Part shown: piece by piece, positions 50,085 to 60,046 of the stretch
Layout of the letters: each line of letters starts with the position of its first letter
Numbering within the stretch: the stretch's first letter is position 1
Assembly (NCBI GenBank): GCA_050331235.1
Contig: JBHJHA010000010.1
Span: 1-64,000 of the forward strand
Source of the DNA: Leptolyngbyaceae cyanobacterium
Lineage (GTDB): Bacteria > Cyanobacteriota > Cyanobacteriia > Phormidesmidales > Phormidesmidaceae
DNA: 64,000 nucleotides
Reading direction: 5' to 3'
The notes under the pieces: model-generated
Databases searched by the model: none
Seen by the model: only the letters and a program-made list of their open reading frames with translations
Told to the model about the DNA's origin: nothing
Program-made: the position numbers and the translations under genes

Positions 50085-51400
50085 CTGATTGACTGACAAA
50101 AGATGTGTTCTGTATCGCTGAGATGCTTGTCAGTAGGGCAACAGAGCTAGAGAAGAGGGAGTCAGCATTCTAGAATTAGATACCACTCAAACCCTAAGAA
50201 TGCTGTGAAAAAAACTCCCGCCTCTACCATGCCTTGATGAGTTGGTTGGGTCAAGGTGATAACTGGGCACACCTGAGTCACCTGACAACGTGTCTAGCGA
50301 TGGTATCGGCCCTGATTCAGAACGGCGAAGTTAACCTGACACGATGGATTGCCTACATTCCGTGCCGAGGGCACTACGCTCAGAGCAAGCAAAGACGAGG
50401 CAGACGATGGCTGAGTAATAGTCGCATCAACGTCCACCGCCTCTACAAACCCATCATCCAAGCCGTGCTGGCAGATTGGCAGGAAGCTGAGCTCTACCTC
50501 AGTTTGGATACCTCGCTGTTTTGGGACGAGTACTGCCTGATGCGCTTAGCGGTGGTGCATCGGGGCCGAGCCTTGCCGCTCGCTTGGCGAGTTTTGAAGC
50601 ATCCGAGTGCTTCGGTCGCCTTTGGGGATTATCAGCAGATGCTGAGTGATGCCGCTCACTATCTGCCCGCTGGCGTCAAAGTGGTGTTGCTGGCCGATAG
50701 AGGCTTTATCCACACAGAGTTGATGAGCCTCGTTGTGCAGCAACGGGGTTGGCACTATCGCATTCGGCTCAAGAGCACTGCCTGGATTTGGCGCACCCAG
50801 AAGGGGTGGCATCAGCTCAAAGACTTTCACTTTGCCCCCGGCGAAGCACTCTGCTTCCAACACGTCAAGCTACACAAGAGCCAGGGGTATGGTCCGGTGC
50901 ATCTGGTCTTTGGCCGCAACAACGTCAACGGCGAGTTCTGGGCCATTGTCAGTGACGAGAAGACGAGTCTGCAAACCTTTCGAGAATACGGTTTACGCTT
51001 CGACATTGAAGAAGCCTTTCTCGATAACCAGTCCAACGGCTGGAATCTACAGAAGTCAGACATCCGCTCCGTCTGTGACCTTTCCAGGCTGTTCTTCATC
51101 TTGGCGCTAGCCACGCTCTATGTCACCGCTCAAGGTATCGCTGTCGTTGAGGCGGGCAGGCGGCGCTGGGTCGATACCCACTGGTTTAGAGGCAACAGCT
51201 AGTTTCGCATTGGCTGCGAGTGGGTGAAGGCTGCTTTGCCGCAGGGGTGGCGCTTAACTCAGCAGGTGCGCTTCTGCTCTAATCGTGATCCTGAACCGGC
51301 GATGGCCTCGAGAAGGCAGCATCAACACCATACTCAGCGACTGGAGTTTACTGTGCGCTCTTTTAGCTACAAACCTGACTAACTTTTGTCAGTCAACCAG
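50085..51400 (+). mobile_element. IS4-family (IS10-like) insertion sequence, 1316 bp
   Basis: 18-bp TIRs CTGATTGACTGACAAAAG / CTTTTGTCAGTCAACCAG (1 mismatch); 9-bp TSD TTCATTGTC at 50076-50084 and 51401-51409. Confidence 0.93.
50205..51382 (+). pseudogene. DDE transposase, inactivated
   Basis: LSLDTS, LADRGF and YGLRFDIE motifs. GTG 50205 is out of frame by one base in an A7 run; premature TAG at 51200, after which the frame continues FRIG...DPEPA...YKPD*. Confidence 0.85.
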
Positions 51401-52416
51401 TTCATTGTCTCTTGTCAAAGCAATCGCTTCTGCCTTATTACTAATACCCAAAGCTTTATGATGGGATGGAGAATATCGGATGGGAAACTTGCCACCTATT
51501 TTATAAAGCTCGATCATCTCTTGGTTTCTTAGCCAGACAATTCCCGGAGGAATAAACAAAGTGCTCGCCAGAAATGCTTCCACAAAATCATCTTGATTTC
51601 TGTATAGTGAAACGAGTTGGTCTATTCCGTCGATCATACCTGCCTCTCCAAGCTATTTCTGAAGGTTTCAAGGTTTCCTCGTCCCACAGCATTTCTCCGA
51701 AGGTGTCGTCCTTCAACCGCTTGTTGTCGTATTTTGGGCAAGGATACTCGCTTGAGCAAAGATATAGCCGAATTCTTTCGCTTTTCCGTTATCCCGCAAG
51801 GGTACTCTTGCAAGCTTTCACTAAATAATAAATAAGTAGTTCCCTGGCGTAGAGTTCCATCTATTCCCAGAGGTTTGTATAGGTGTATTTTGCCGACGTC
51901 AATGCTTTAGGGACTCAGTAATCATGGCGATCGCCCCTAAGCACATGATGAGTACAAATATCCGACTAAAAAACTGTTCTAGAAATGTGACCATTAGATC
52001 AGAGATCAGCGTTAGCTCTAGCACTATGGAAATAATGTAAGCATGGTGCAGCCGGTCAGTGCCAGCAAAAAGTATTTCAAGGCAAGGGTGGCTAGAGGCA
52101 GCAGAGAGACTTGAGAAGAGCGCTGTCGCATAGTGAGGGCCTTAATAGAGAACCGTGTGTGAAGCACCGATGAAGGTATGGTGATCTCAGTATGGAAATC
52201 TCCACCGGTTTCTCCCGTTCAGAGCAGTCAATTTCTGTAATGGCCCGCAAATCGTCCACTCAACTGTCCAAGAAGAGCGGTTTTGTGGGCCTTTGCTCGA
52301 TTGCATGGTGTGACGGTTGGCAGTGAGGCCAGAAAGTATGACCAATTGGTTACAAAGCTAGCCTTGGAACCCGAAGTTTTTCGGTATAACCAGCAAGAAA
52401 GCTTTATAAGAAACCG

Positions 52417-53133
52417 ATGGTACATATTGCTGCCGAACCCTATGACTATCCACTACCCACGGGCGATCGCCTGGCGCTAATGATTATTGACATGCAGCGC
52501 GACTTTTTGGAACCGGGTGGCTTTGGGGCCGCTCTTGGCAATGACGTTACCCCCCTACAGGCAGTGGTACCCACGATTCAAAAACTACAACAGCTATTTC
52601 GCGATCGCGGTTGGTTAATCATTCAAACCGCTGAGGGGCATCAGGCCGATCTGTCTGACTGCCCCCCAGCAAAACGCGATCGCGGCCAAAGCGATCTCAA
52701 GATTGGTGATCGCGGTCCCATGGGTCGCATCCTGGTATTAGAGGAACCAGGCAATGCGATCGTCCCTGAGTTAGCTCCTCATCCTGGTGAGATTGTTATT
52801 GGCAAACCTGGAAAAGGCGCCTTCTACGCTACACAGCTTGGCTCCATTTTGCAGCAGCACGGCATCACCCACCTGATTTTCACTGGGGTCACGACAGAAG
52901 TGTGTGTGCAAACCACAATGCGCGAGGCCAACGATCGCGGTTACGAATGTTTACTGGTCGAAGAAGGGACCGCCAGCTATTTTCCAGAGTTCAAACAAGC
53001 CACCCTAGCGATGATCAGTGCTCAGGGCGGCATCGTTGGTTGGACAGCGACTTTAGAAGACGTATTGCAGGGGCTGGCAGCCATTCTGACCTCGCCTGCC
53101 GTTACGCCTCACTCACAAGCGAAAGCAACTTAA
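52417..53133 (+). CDS. Isochorismatase-family cysteine hydrolase, biuret hydrolase (BiuH)-like
   Basis: [39 protein letters not shown] and AQGGIVGW motifs. Confidence 0.85.
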   Translation: MVHIAAEPYDYPLPTGDRLALMIIDMQRDFLEPGGFGAALGNDVTPLQAVVPTIQKLQQLFRDRGWLIIQTAEGHQADLSDCPPAKRDRGQSDLKIGDRGPMGRILVLEEPGNAIVPELAPHPGEIVIGKPGKGAFYATQLGSILQQHGITHLIFTGVTTEVCVQTTMREANDRGYECLLVEEGTASYFPEFKQATLAMISAQGGIVGWTATLEDVLQGLAAILTSPAVTPHSQAKAT

Positions 53134-53140
53134 CCCAAAT
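52968..53140 (+). repeat. Direct repeat copy 1 (3' end of hydrolase + degenerate pmbA 3' end)
   Basis: 52968-53060 matches 54917-55009 at 92 of 93 positions; the next ~80 bp align with substitutions and a 3-nt indel. Confidence 0.95.
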
Positions 53141-53171
53141 CCATCGAAAGGCCAATCAGCAGTCAAATTGA

Positions 53172-54149
53172 CTATTTTGATCCTTCAAAAATCACGGATT
53201 GAACTTGGTCTAATCCGGAAACCTGACCAAATAGCTTTTCCGAATAAGCTATCAGTTCTTCATTTCTCAGTAAGCTTTGATAAAGATCATTACCAAGAAA
53301 ATGACGCCAACGTCCGGTCACATCCATCTTAGATGGGTCTCCATCATGAACAATACCGTCGAAAGAACTACCGCCAGCTCGCCGGGCAACTTGATTGAAA
53401 CCAGCATCGGTGAAAGTTAAGCCTATCTGCTGAGCAATCTTCTTTCGATAGCTATAATCTTCAACCCAATGATTATAGTTGACACAGACCTTTTCTTCGG
53501 GCAAAAAATTCGTCTCCCCCAGGAATTCCTTAGCGTAAGATATCCAAATATCCGTAAAACTCGCGTATGTAGATTTAACGCTCACAAAGCCTTTTTTGAG
53601 ACGACTAGCGAGCAGGTTAAAAGGATCGCGCATAATCAAAAGATCAACTCGCCGGGCACTTTTACCTACGTACCAGTCATGCTTTCGTTCGAAACCTGAC
53701 TTAACAATCTTATCTAAAGAGTAATCTTCATAATTAAAAATCAAATAGTCTTTTTTCTGAAACTTTCCGATAGACTCAAGCCGAACTTGCTCAATCTCTT
53801 TAGGATACTCTGGATAGTGATCGCTAAAATATTCATACTCATGGCGAAAGGGATTTTCACTCAGTGGGACGTCGTTTATATGTTTGAAACGACCAGTATT
53901 TTGGTCGGCATGCTGTTTCTCAATCCAGTCAATCAAGGCGTGATTTCCACTGCGTCGTAAACCAACCATGCGAATTTCAGTTTGGTTGATGACACCCCAC
54001 AATTCCGGATTCTGAGTTCTTAGCCGGACAGCGTCCTGAAAGATATGTTTAAATTTACGATTTAGTTTTCTACTAGCGTAACCAGGTTTACGCAATGACT
54101 TTTTCCAAAGAGGATCGTCGTAAATTTTTTTCTTTATTTGCTTATCCAT
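53172..54149 (-). CDS. Sulfotransferase-fold (P-loop-like) hypothetical protein, AT-rich
   Basis: GLRRSGNHALIDWI (5'-PSB-like), LIMRDPFNLLASR (3'-PB-like), VNYNHW. Confidence 0.6.
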   Translation of the reverse strand: MDKQIKKKIYDDPLWKKSLRKPGYASRKLNRKFKHIFQDAVRLRTQNPELWGVINQTEIRMVGLRRSGNHALIDWIEKQHADQNTGRFKHINDVPLSENPFRHEYEYFSDHYPEYPKEIEQVRLESIGKFQKKDYLIFNYEDYSLDKIVKSGFERKHDWYVGKSARRVDLLIMRDPFNLLASRLKKGFVSVKSTYASFTDIWISYAKEFLGETNFLPEEKVCVNYNHWVEDYSYRKKIAQQIGLTFTDAGFNQVARRAGGSSFDGIVHDGDPSKMDVTGRWRHFLGNDLYQSLLRNEELIAYSEKLFGQVSGLDQVQSVIFEGSK

Positions 54150-54180
54150 TAGCGCTCTCCATTAAAGTTCTTTAAACTTT

Positions 54181-54837
54181 CTATACCAGTTCCTCACGGA
54201 CCTTAATACCATTTCTTTTTACAATGTATGCAGGTATACCAACAACTACACATCTGTCAGGAACGTCTTTAACCACAACGGCGTTTGCACCGACAGTTAC
54301 ATAGTCACCAATCGAAACTCCTCCGATTAGCTTAGCGCCCGCAGTTATGCGAACATGATTGCCGATACAGGGACGGCTATTACGGTCACGGTAGCCAATG
54401 GTCACTTGTTGGTTAACCCAGCAATTTTCTCCCAAATCAGCCATAATGATGGTGCTGAAGGCATGCTGAAGAAATAATCCAGGACCAATACTGCAAGAAT
54501 GCTCGATAAAAAGTGTAGTGCAGCCTTGATAGATTCTCTTAAGTATCCAAACAGGGATGCGGCCGAGGAGGTTGCCTTTGCCCAAACGAAAATAATAAAG
54601 ACTACGAAACTCTGGTAGTTTGCTGATCAATCGACGTCGATTTGCGCGAGGAGAATTGGTAGGGAACTCAAGAATTTCACTCCATCTGTTAACGTCCGCA
54701 ATGATGATGTCCTTTTCAGTGGTCAGCAGAAAAGGTAACTCTAAGGGTATGTAAAGTAACTCTACCCAAGCCTCCCACCAGCTCCTGAGCAAGGTTTTCA
54801 CAGTTGCAACCTCTAAACCTAAACCCAGGTTACCCAT
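54181..54837 (-). CDS. CysE/WcaB-like hexapeptide O-acetyltransferase
   Basis: IGPGLFLQH, NQQVTIG, IGNHVRITAGAKLIG, VGANAVVVKDVP...VVGIPA; GGAGG RBS. Confidence 0.88.
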   Translation of the reverse strand: MGNLGLGLEVATVKTLLRSWWEAWVELLYIPLELPFLLTTEKDIIIADVNRWSEILEFPTNSPRANRRRLISKLPEFRSLYYFRLGKGNLLGRIPVWILKRIYQGCTTLFIEHSCSIGPGLFLQHAFSTIIMADLGENCWVNQQVTIGYRDRNSRPCIGNHVRITAGAKLIGGVSIGDYVTVGANAVVVKDVPDRCVVVGIPAYIVKRNGIKVREELV

Positions 54838-54916
54838 TCAAGGCTCCTCCGTCACAGCTGTGAAGACTTTTCCGCTCCACAAGCCAAATCTCAAAAAGCC
54901 CAAGAGCACAGGAGTA

Positions 54917-55085
54917 GACCGCCAGCTATTTTCTAGAGTTCAAACAAGCCACCCTAGCGATGATCAGTGCTCAGGGCGGCATCGTTGGTTGGACAGCGAC
55001 TTTAGAAGAAGTGTTGCGGGGCCTAACGGCAATGCCTACCTCGGCTGTTACGCCTCACCCGTAATCGAAAGTAAATCAACCCAAA
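54917..55085 (+). repeat. Direct repeat copy 2 (orphaned hydrolase 3' end overlapping the pmbA stop)
   Basis: Translates [48 protein letters not shown] with no upstream gene body. Confidence 0.93.
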
Positions 55086-56391
55086 CACGGGGGCAGATAC
55101 CACCCGGTGTTACTTCGGCTTCAGGCTCAAGGTGAATGATCGAGTTGAGCACTTCTCTGAAATCGCCCGCCACCGTTGCCGACTCAATACTGACCCTTTC
55201 ACCCTGGTTGACCAGCCAACCGTCAAAGGGCAAAGAAAACGACCCTTGCAAAGCATTGACCCCGGCATGAAGCGCTTGCACTTCGTCGATGAAGACGACA
55301 TTTTCAGCGGTGTCTAGGCTTAAAGCCGCCGATGATGGCTCGCCTGGCATAACGTGGTAAAAGTTAGCATCTACACTGACCTTGGCCCCGATGCTCGCAT
55401 GACCTGTAGGTTCGGCTCCCATGCGCTTTGCCGTACCTGCACTATGCAAGAAATTAGCTAAGACACCCTTGTCGATAATCGGTAGTCGGCGGGTGGGCGT
55501 TCCTTCACCGTCAAAGGTTTCAATGCTGACGTTGTCAGGATGGAGGGCGTCGTCGTAGACGGTTAGCAGTGGGCTAGCAACCTGGTTACCCAACGAATCT
55601 GCCGTTGATAAACTCCGATTATCCAAGATGCTCTGGGCATTGAACAGGTTGGAAAACGCATCTAGCAAGCTCAAAAAGGCCTCGGCTGAAAAAACGACTC
55701 GGTATTTACCTGAATCAATTTTTTGATAGTCCAAATGACTCAGGGTTTTTTCCGTCGTTTCTTGAATGCAGGCGTCGATGTCCAGTAGCTCAAGCCCGCG
55801 ATCGACCTGCATGGCGCCGGCGGAGCGGGGCTTTTTACCGGCTTGTTCCGTTTTGCTGTAGAGATAAAGGGACGCATAGCTACGCTCTTCGCGCCGCTGG
55901 GCCCCCTTACTATTGAGATAAAACCGATCCACCTGGCGTTGGGCCATGCCGTTGTAGGGGACTGACGCGATCGCAGGATGCGCGTTTAAAACGGCTTTTT
56001 CTGCTTGCACCAGGGTTTTGATCAGCAATTGCACATCGCTGGAGGGTACTGTGTCATAGTCCACCGCTGCTACTGGCTCAGTAGCAGCAGGACTGAAATC
56101 TGGAACATGCTCCTTAGCCCCAAAGGCCGCTGCCGCCGCTGCCGTCTGTAAAGCCAGATTCATCCCATTGGGATCAACGTCCGTAGTGGTGGTAACACCG
56201 ACCAATCCTTCATCGTTCCAGACTCGTACAATCACGCTTGATCGCTGAGACGCCTTGACCTGCTTAGGCTCACCCTGGTCAACCTGGACGCTGGTTTCAT
56301 CTACGGTAGAACCATAGACGTCGTATTTTTGGATACCGTGCTTTTTCGCACTTTCCTGAGCGTAGGTGGCAATCTCTTGAAGCGATGGCAT
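55048..56391 (-). CDS. pmbA: PmbA/TldE-family protein
   Basis: LTVYDD, FDGEGTPT, GVLANFLH, TGHA, GSFSLP, ATVAGDF; no HExxH motif. Confidence 0.85.
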   Translation of the reverse strand: MPSLQEIATYAQESAKKHGIQKYDVYGSTVDETSVQVDQGEPKQVKASQRSSVIVRVWNDEGLVGVTTTTDVDPNGMNLALQTAAAAAAFGAKEHVPDFSPAATEPVAAVDYDTVPSSDVQLLIKTLVQAEKAVLNAHPAIASVPYNGMAQRQVDRFYLNSKGAQRREERSYASLYLYSKTEQAGKKPRSAGAMQVDRGLELLDIDACIQETTEKTLSHLDYQKIDSGKYRVVFSAEAFLSLLDAFSNLFNAQSILDNRSLSTADSLGNQVASPLLTVYDDALHPDNVSIETFDGEGTPTRRLPIIDKGVLANFLHSAGTAKRMGAEPTGHASIGAKVSVDANFYHVMPGEPSSAALSLDTAENVVFIDEVQALHAGVNALQGSFSLPFDGWLVNQGERVSIESATVAGDFREVLNSIIHLEPEAEVTPGGICPRVWVDLLSITGEA

Positions 56392-56575
56392 AGCAGATTT
56401 GAGCTCTCAGATATCATTCACCCTCTCATTCTAAGGGGCGGCGCTGCTGGGTGAGTCAATGTTGTCGAAGGGATTGACTAGGTCACCAGCCGCTGACCAT
56501 CTTAATCAACAATAATAGTTTGCCACAATCCCTCTAGATCGCAGCAGACCAGAACGCAATGGCAAGCTTGTTCAG

Positions 56576-57001
56576 TCAAGGATTGAAGGTGGGGCCGGGG
56601 CCTGATCGTTGCAGCGGTGAGGGAGAAGGCGAGTCAATGTGGGTGCGATCGCGGCAAATCTCCACAGCGACGTTGCCGACAAATTGAGGTACTGGGGGAG
56701 ATAGCTTAGTCAGCTTGACTACGATTTCGTTAAGACGTTCATCACTGCTGAGAACAGTCTTAGCAATCTCGCTTGCCAAGGTTTCAATTAGGTTGAATGG
56801 GCGATATTGAATGATGTCTTGAACTGCCTGCACCGCTGTGGAGTAGTCGTAAGTATCAGCCAAGGCATCAGACGTTCCGGCCGCCGTTAAATCCATCGCC
56901 AGAGCGACATCGACTCGAAACCATTGTCCTAATACGTTTTCTTCGGCTAGGGCGCCTGAGTAGCCAAACGCACGAATATCGCTGATGTAAATCTTGTCCA
57001 T
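56576..57001 (-). CDS. folB: Dihydroneopterin aldolase
   Basis: GYSGALAEENVLGQWFRVD, DTYDY, NLIETLA, LTKLSPP. Confidence 0.93.
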   Translation of the reverse strand: MDKIYISDIRAFGYSGALAEENVLGQWFRVDVALAMDLTAAGTSDALADTYDYSTAVQAVQDIIQYRPFNLIETLASEIAKTVLSSDERLNEIVVKLTKLSPPVPQFVGNVAVEICRDRTHIDSPSPSPLQRSGPGPTFNP

Positions 57002-57239
57002 TACTTGGTTCTAGCCTCTCCCTAAGCTAGCTCTCGCTGCCTACAAGGCAATCGTCAATTTTGCACGCAAATCTTAACAAGCATCGGCGCACGCTCATGT
57101 TCAAAGGCCGGTATTCGCCAAATCTTCACGATTTTATGTGATTTTACTGACTATTCAAATGGGCAAAACAGGATCCAGGCACCACCAGAGGCCAGGCTCA
57201 CAGTAAAACTCTTGCTATCGACTGACGCGAAAACGTGCT

Positions 57240-58571
57240 TTAGCCCAGAGTTTTATGAGTGAACGGTCGAGCTTCGGCCCCGGCGTAGGTGGCCACAATA
57301 TGGCCATCGCCAATTAGGTGATATTTATAAGTTACCAGCCCTTCTAAGCCGACGGGTCCCCGGGGCGGCATGGTCTGAGTGCTGATGCCAACCTCAGCAC
57401 CAAAGCCGTAGCGAAATCCATCGGCAAAGCGCGTTGAACAGTTGTGATAGACCCCAGCGGCGTTGACTTGATTGCGAAAGGCGGTGGCGGCAGCAGTGGA
57501 CTCTGTCACAATCGCATCGGTGTGACGGGAGCCATAGGTGTTGATATGAGCGATCGCCGCCGCCGCCGACTCCACCACCTTGATTGACAAGACCAGGTCG
57601 CTGTACTCCGTTTGCCAGTCTGCGTCAGAGGCGGCAATGATGTGAGGCAAGGTGGCTCGGGTTGGCTCATCGCCTCGTAGCTCTACGCCCTTGGCTTCCA
57701 GGGCTTGGGCAACCTGGGGTAAAAACGTTGGGGCGATCGCTGCATGCACCAGCAACGTCTCAATCGCATTGCAGGCTGAGGGATACCCCACTTTGGCATC
57801 CACCGCGATGGCGATCGCTTTGTCGAAATTTGCCGCTTCGTCAACATAGAGGTGACAAATGCCGTCCGCATGGCCCAACACCGGAATGCGGGTGTGATCT
57901 TGGACAAAGCGCACGAACGCATTGGAACCCCGGGGAATGATCAGGTCAATGTGGCCTTCCAAAGCCAGCATGGCCCGAGTTTCTTCTCGGGTAGTGAGTA
58001 ACTGCACCGAGTCAGGATTGACACCGGCGGTCTCCAGCCCCGCATGAATGGCTCTCACCAAAGCCTGACAGGAGCGCACGGCTTCTTTTCCCCCCTTGAG
58101 GATGACGCCATTACCCGATTTCACGGCGAGGCTGGCAATCTGCATCACCGCATCGGGGCGCGACTCAAAGATAATGCCCAAGACCCCGAGCGGCGCGCTG
58201 ATCCGCCTCAATTCCAAGCCTGTATCTAACTCCGTATGGAGCTGCACATCCCCAACCGGATCAGGCAGCCGTGCCACGTCACGCACACCGGCGATCGCCC
58301 CCTGAAGTTTGACCGCATCCAGCTTCAAGCGATTGTAAAGGGGCTGAGCCAAATCATCAGCGATCGCCGCCTGACAATCGGCCACATTTGCCGCCAAGAT
58401 CGTTTCGGTTTGGATCGTGAGCGCTTCAGCAATGGCATGGATCGCCTGATTTTTTTCCGCTGTAGTCAACAGGGCTAATTGCCGGGCCGCAGCTCGAGTG
58501 AGTTCGGCAATAGGGACGAGGTTGACCGAGTCATCAATATGGTCGTTGACTTTCACTGGTGGTACCGTCAT
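57240..58571 (-). CDS. proA: Gamma-glutamyl phosphate reductase (glutamate-5-semialdehyde dehydrogenase)
   Basis: [51 protein letters not shown]. Confidence 0.96.
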   Translation of the reverse strand: MTVPPVKVNDHIDDSVNLVPIAELTRAAARQLALLTTAEKNQAIHAIAEALTIQTETILAANVADCQAAIADDLAQPLYNRLKLDAVKLQGAIAGVRDVARLPDPVGDVQLHTELDTGLELRRISAPLGVLGIIFESRPDAVMQIASLAVKSGNGVILKGGKEAVRSCQALVRAIHAGLETAGVNPDSVQLLTTREETRAMLALEGHIDLIIPRGSNAFVRFVQDHTRIPVLGHADGICHLYVDEAANFDKAIAIAVDAKVGYPSACNAIETLLVHAAIAPTFLPQVAQALEAKGVELRGDEPTRATLPHIIAASDADWQTEYSDLVLSIKVVESAAAAIAHINTYGSRHTDAIVTESTAAATAFRNQVNAAGVYHNCSTRFADGFRYGFGAEVGISTQTMPPRGPVGLEGLVTYKYHLIGDGHIVATYAGAEARPFTHKTLG

Positions 58572-58611
58572 ATCCACTTTCCTGAACCACTGTGTAAGGA
58601 GCAATTTTAAC

Positions 58612-58641
58612 AAACAAGCCTGGCTCGCTAACGAGCCAGGC
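58612..58641 (-). terminator. Stem-loop after the DUF1517 gene
   Basis: GCCTGGCTCG-ctaa-CGAGCCAGGC followed by TTGTTTG on the minus strand. Confidence 0.6.
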
Positions 58642-58674
58642 CAAGAATGAGCAAAACTGGTTTTTGCTTGATGT

Positions 58675-59655
58675 TTAGATGAGCGTTAGCTCCGGGTATT
58701 CCGCAATCATTTCGTCGGACGTCAGGGTTTCACCGGAGGCTTGGGGCGTCCACAAGATCTCGACGGCCAAAAGGCGATCGCTCGACACTGCCCCTAGCGT
58801 GCTCAAAGCTTGACGCACATCTTGGGGCGAAGACACCTTAGGCAGACCCAACTTACCCTGGGTCGCGACAATGACCGATGCCACAATATATTCACCGGGC
58901 TTAGTCTGGGCGAGTTCACCAGACTCATTCGCTGCCGCATCAGCCTGCTGCAGGCGGTTGTTGACGTTACTCATCGTCTCACCCGTGAATTTGCTGCGCT
59001 CTGCCAGCACCAACTGATTGAACTTTTGCTCCGCCGATAACAGTCGAGTGGCATCGGTCGATGCTGTGGCGTACTGCCAGTACTCTGGATGACGCAGCAA
59101 AGCCAGAGTTGCTTCCTGAAGCACCTGGGTCAAGCCCTCAGTAGAAGAGGTGTCAGCAGACTGGGCCATCCGGTTTAAATCGTCTTGCAAGGAGCGCGCC
59201 TCAGCGAACAGACCAATTTGCAGCTTAGCGACAGAAACCGAAGGATTGTCAGCCCCAACGCTGCTATCACCGCTGCCAGTTTCACGGACTGCCCGCATGA
59301 TGAAATTGGCTAAGCCGATGAACAAGACAATGGCAAACAGCCCACCAAAGCCGCCGCCAAAGCCAAACAGCGGAAACAGGAAGGGAAAGCCAAAGCCGCC
59401 GCCAGGATAATAGCCGCCACCGCTGGGTCCTCGATAGCCCCGAGATGGCGAGACGGTGCGGCTAGGCGCTCGAAAGCTACCGCCGCCGATGCGCCCCCCA
59501 GAGCGAGCCGCTAAGGCTCCATCCACTTGGCCAAAAAATAAAACGCCCACCAAAGCGATCGCCATTAACGGCTTAACCAGTGGCTTGAAACGACTAAAAA
59601 AGATTTGAAGCTTGTGACCCATAACGCTATCCAGACAGCTTTGTAATAACTCCAT
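58675..59655 (-). CDS. DUF1517 protein (FLAP1-like)
   Basis: [12 protein letters not shown], Gly-rich segment, [22 protein letters not shown]...YPEL. Confidence 0.9.
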   Translation of the reverse strand: MELLQSCLDSVMGHKLQIFFSRFKPLVKPLMAIALVGVLFFGQVDGALAARSGGRIGGGSFRAPSRTVSPSRGYRGPSGGGYYPGGGFGFPFLFPLFGFGGGFGGLFAIVLFIGLANFIMRAVRETGSGDSSVGADNPSVSVAKLQIGLFAEARSLQDDLNRMAQSADTSSTEGLTQVLQEATLALLRHPEYWQYATASTDATRLLSAEQKFNQLVLAERSKFTGETMSNVNNRLQQADAAANESGELAQTKPGEYIVASVIVATQGKLGLPKVSSPQDVRQALSTLGAVSSDRLLAVEILWTPQASGETLTSDEMIAEYPELTLI

Positions 59656-60046
59656 AAGTCAACACCCTAACACCAGCAAGACTGCACGGACTCTAACCAC
59701 TGGCACAACATTGACTCTTATACTGTAACGCTTCTCGCATTGGCCTTTGCGTAGATTTCCTGAAAGTTTTTGTCGTTCCACTCTGCCTAGCTGCCCTCAC
59801 GGCAGGTGGGCAGTTCGGTCCCATCGCTGGTGTCCTCTTCCATGGCGACGGAACAACCAAAATAGATGCTTCGCTGATGGCTTTATCAGCACTGCTGCAG
59901 GTGTCCGCTTGCAGCTCAAGGTCGGTTTATCGGGGGGCAAGGCGATTACGGCCGTGCAACAACGATGGCTGAGCTACGTAGATGGCGGCGAGTAAATCAA
60001 GTATCTTATTTAGACCAGGGATAGATATTTACTATTATCAATAGCA

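Larger units (their letters stand above)
49339..51637 (-). pseudogene. ~325-aa HNH-type nuclease gene interrupted by an IS and a frameshift
   Basis: Removing the IS and one TSD copy joins ...TRDNE to ARLPAYP... in frame. After a 1-nt shift near 49973 it reads GKNSTVKNYIISHVWG...LWNIVLIPAHFNYLMD into ORF 49339-49878. Confidence 0.7.

Noticed and set aside
51200..51202. Programmed stop read-through in the transposase
   Set aside because: A single-base Tyr-to-TAG nonsense change together with a second lesion is the simpler explanation.
52140..52215. Glycine/SAM-like riboswitch upstream of the cysteine hydrolase
   Set aside because: Some pairing (GAGAACCG/CGGTTTCTC) is present but the conserved aptamer cores are incomplete.
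52968..55085. Diversity-generating retroelement TR/VR pair
   Set aside because: Mismatches are not adenine-specific, include a 3-nt indel, are often at third codon positions, and no reverse transcriptase is present.
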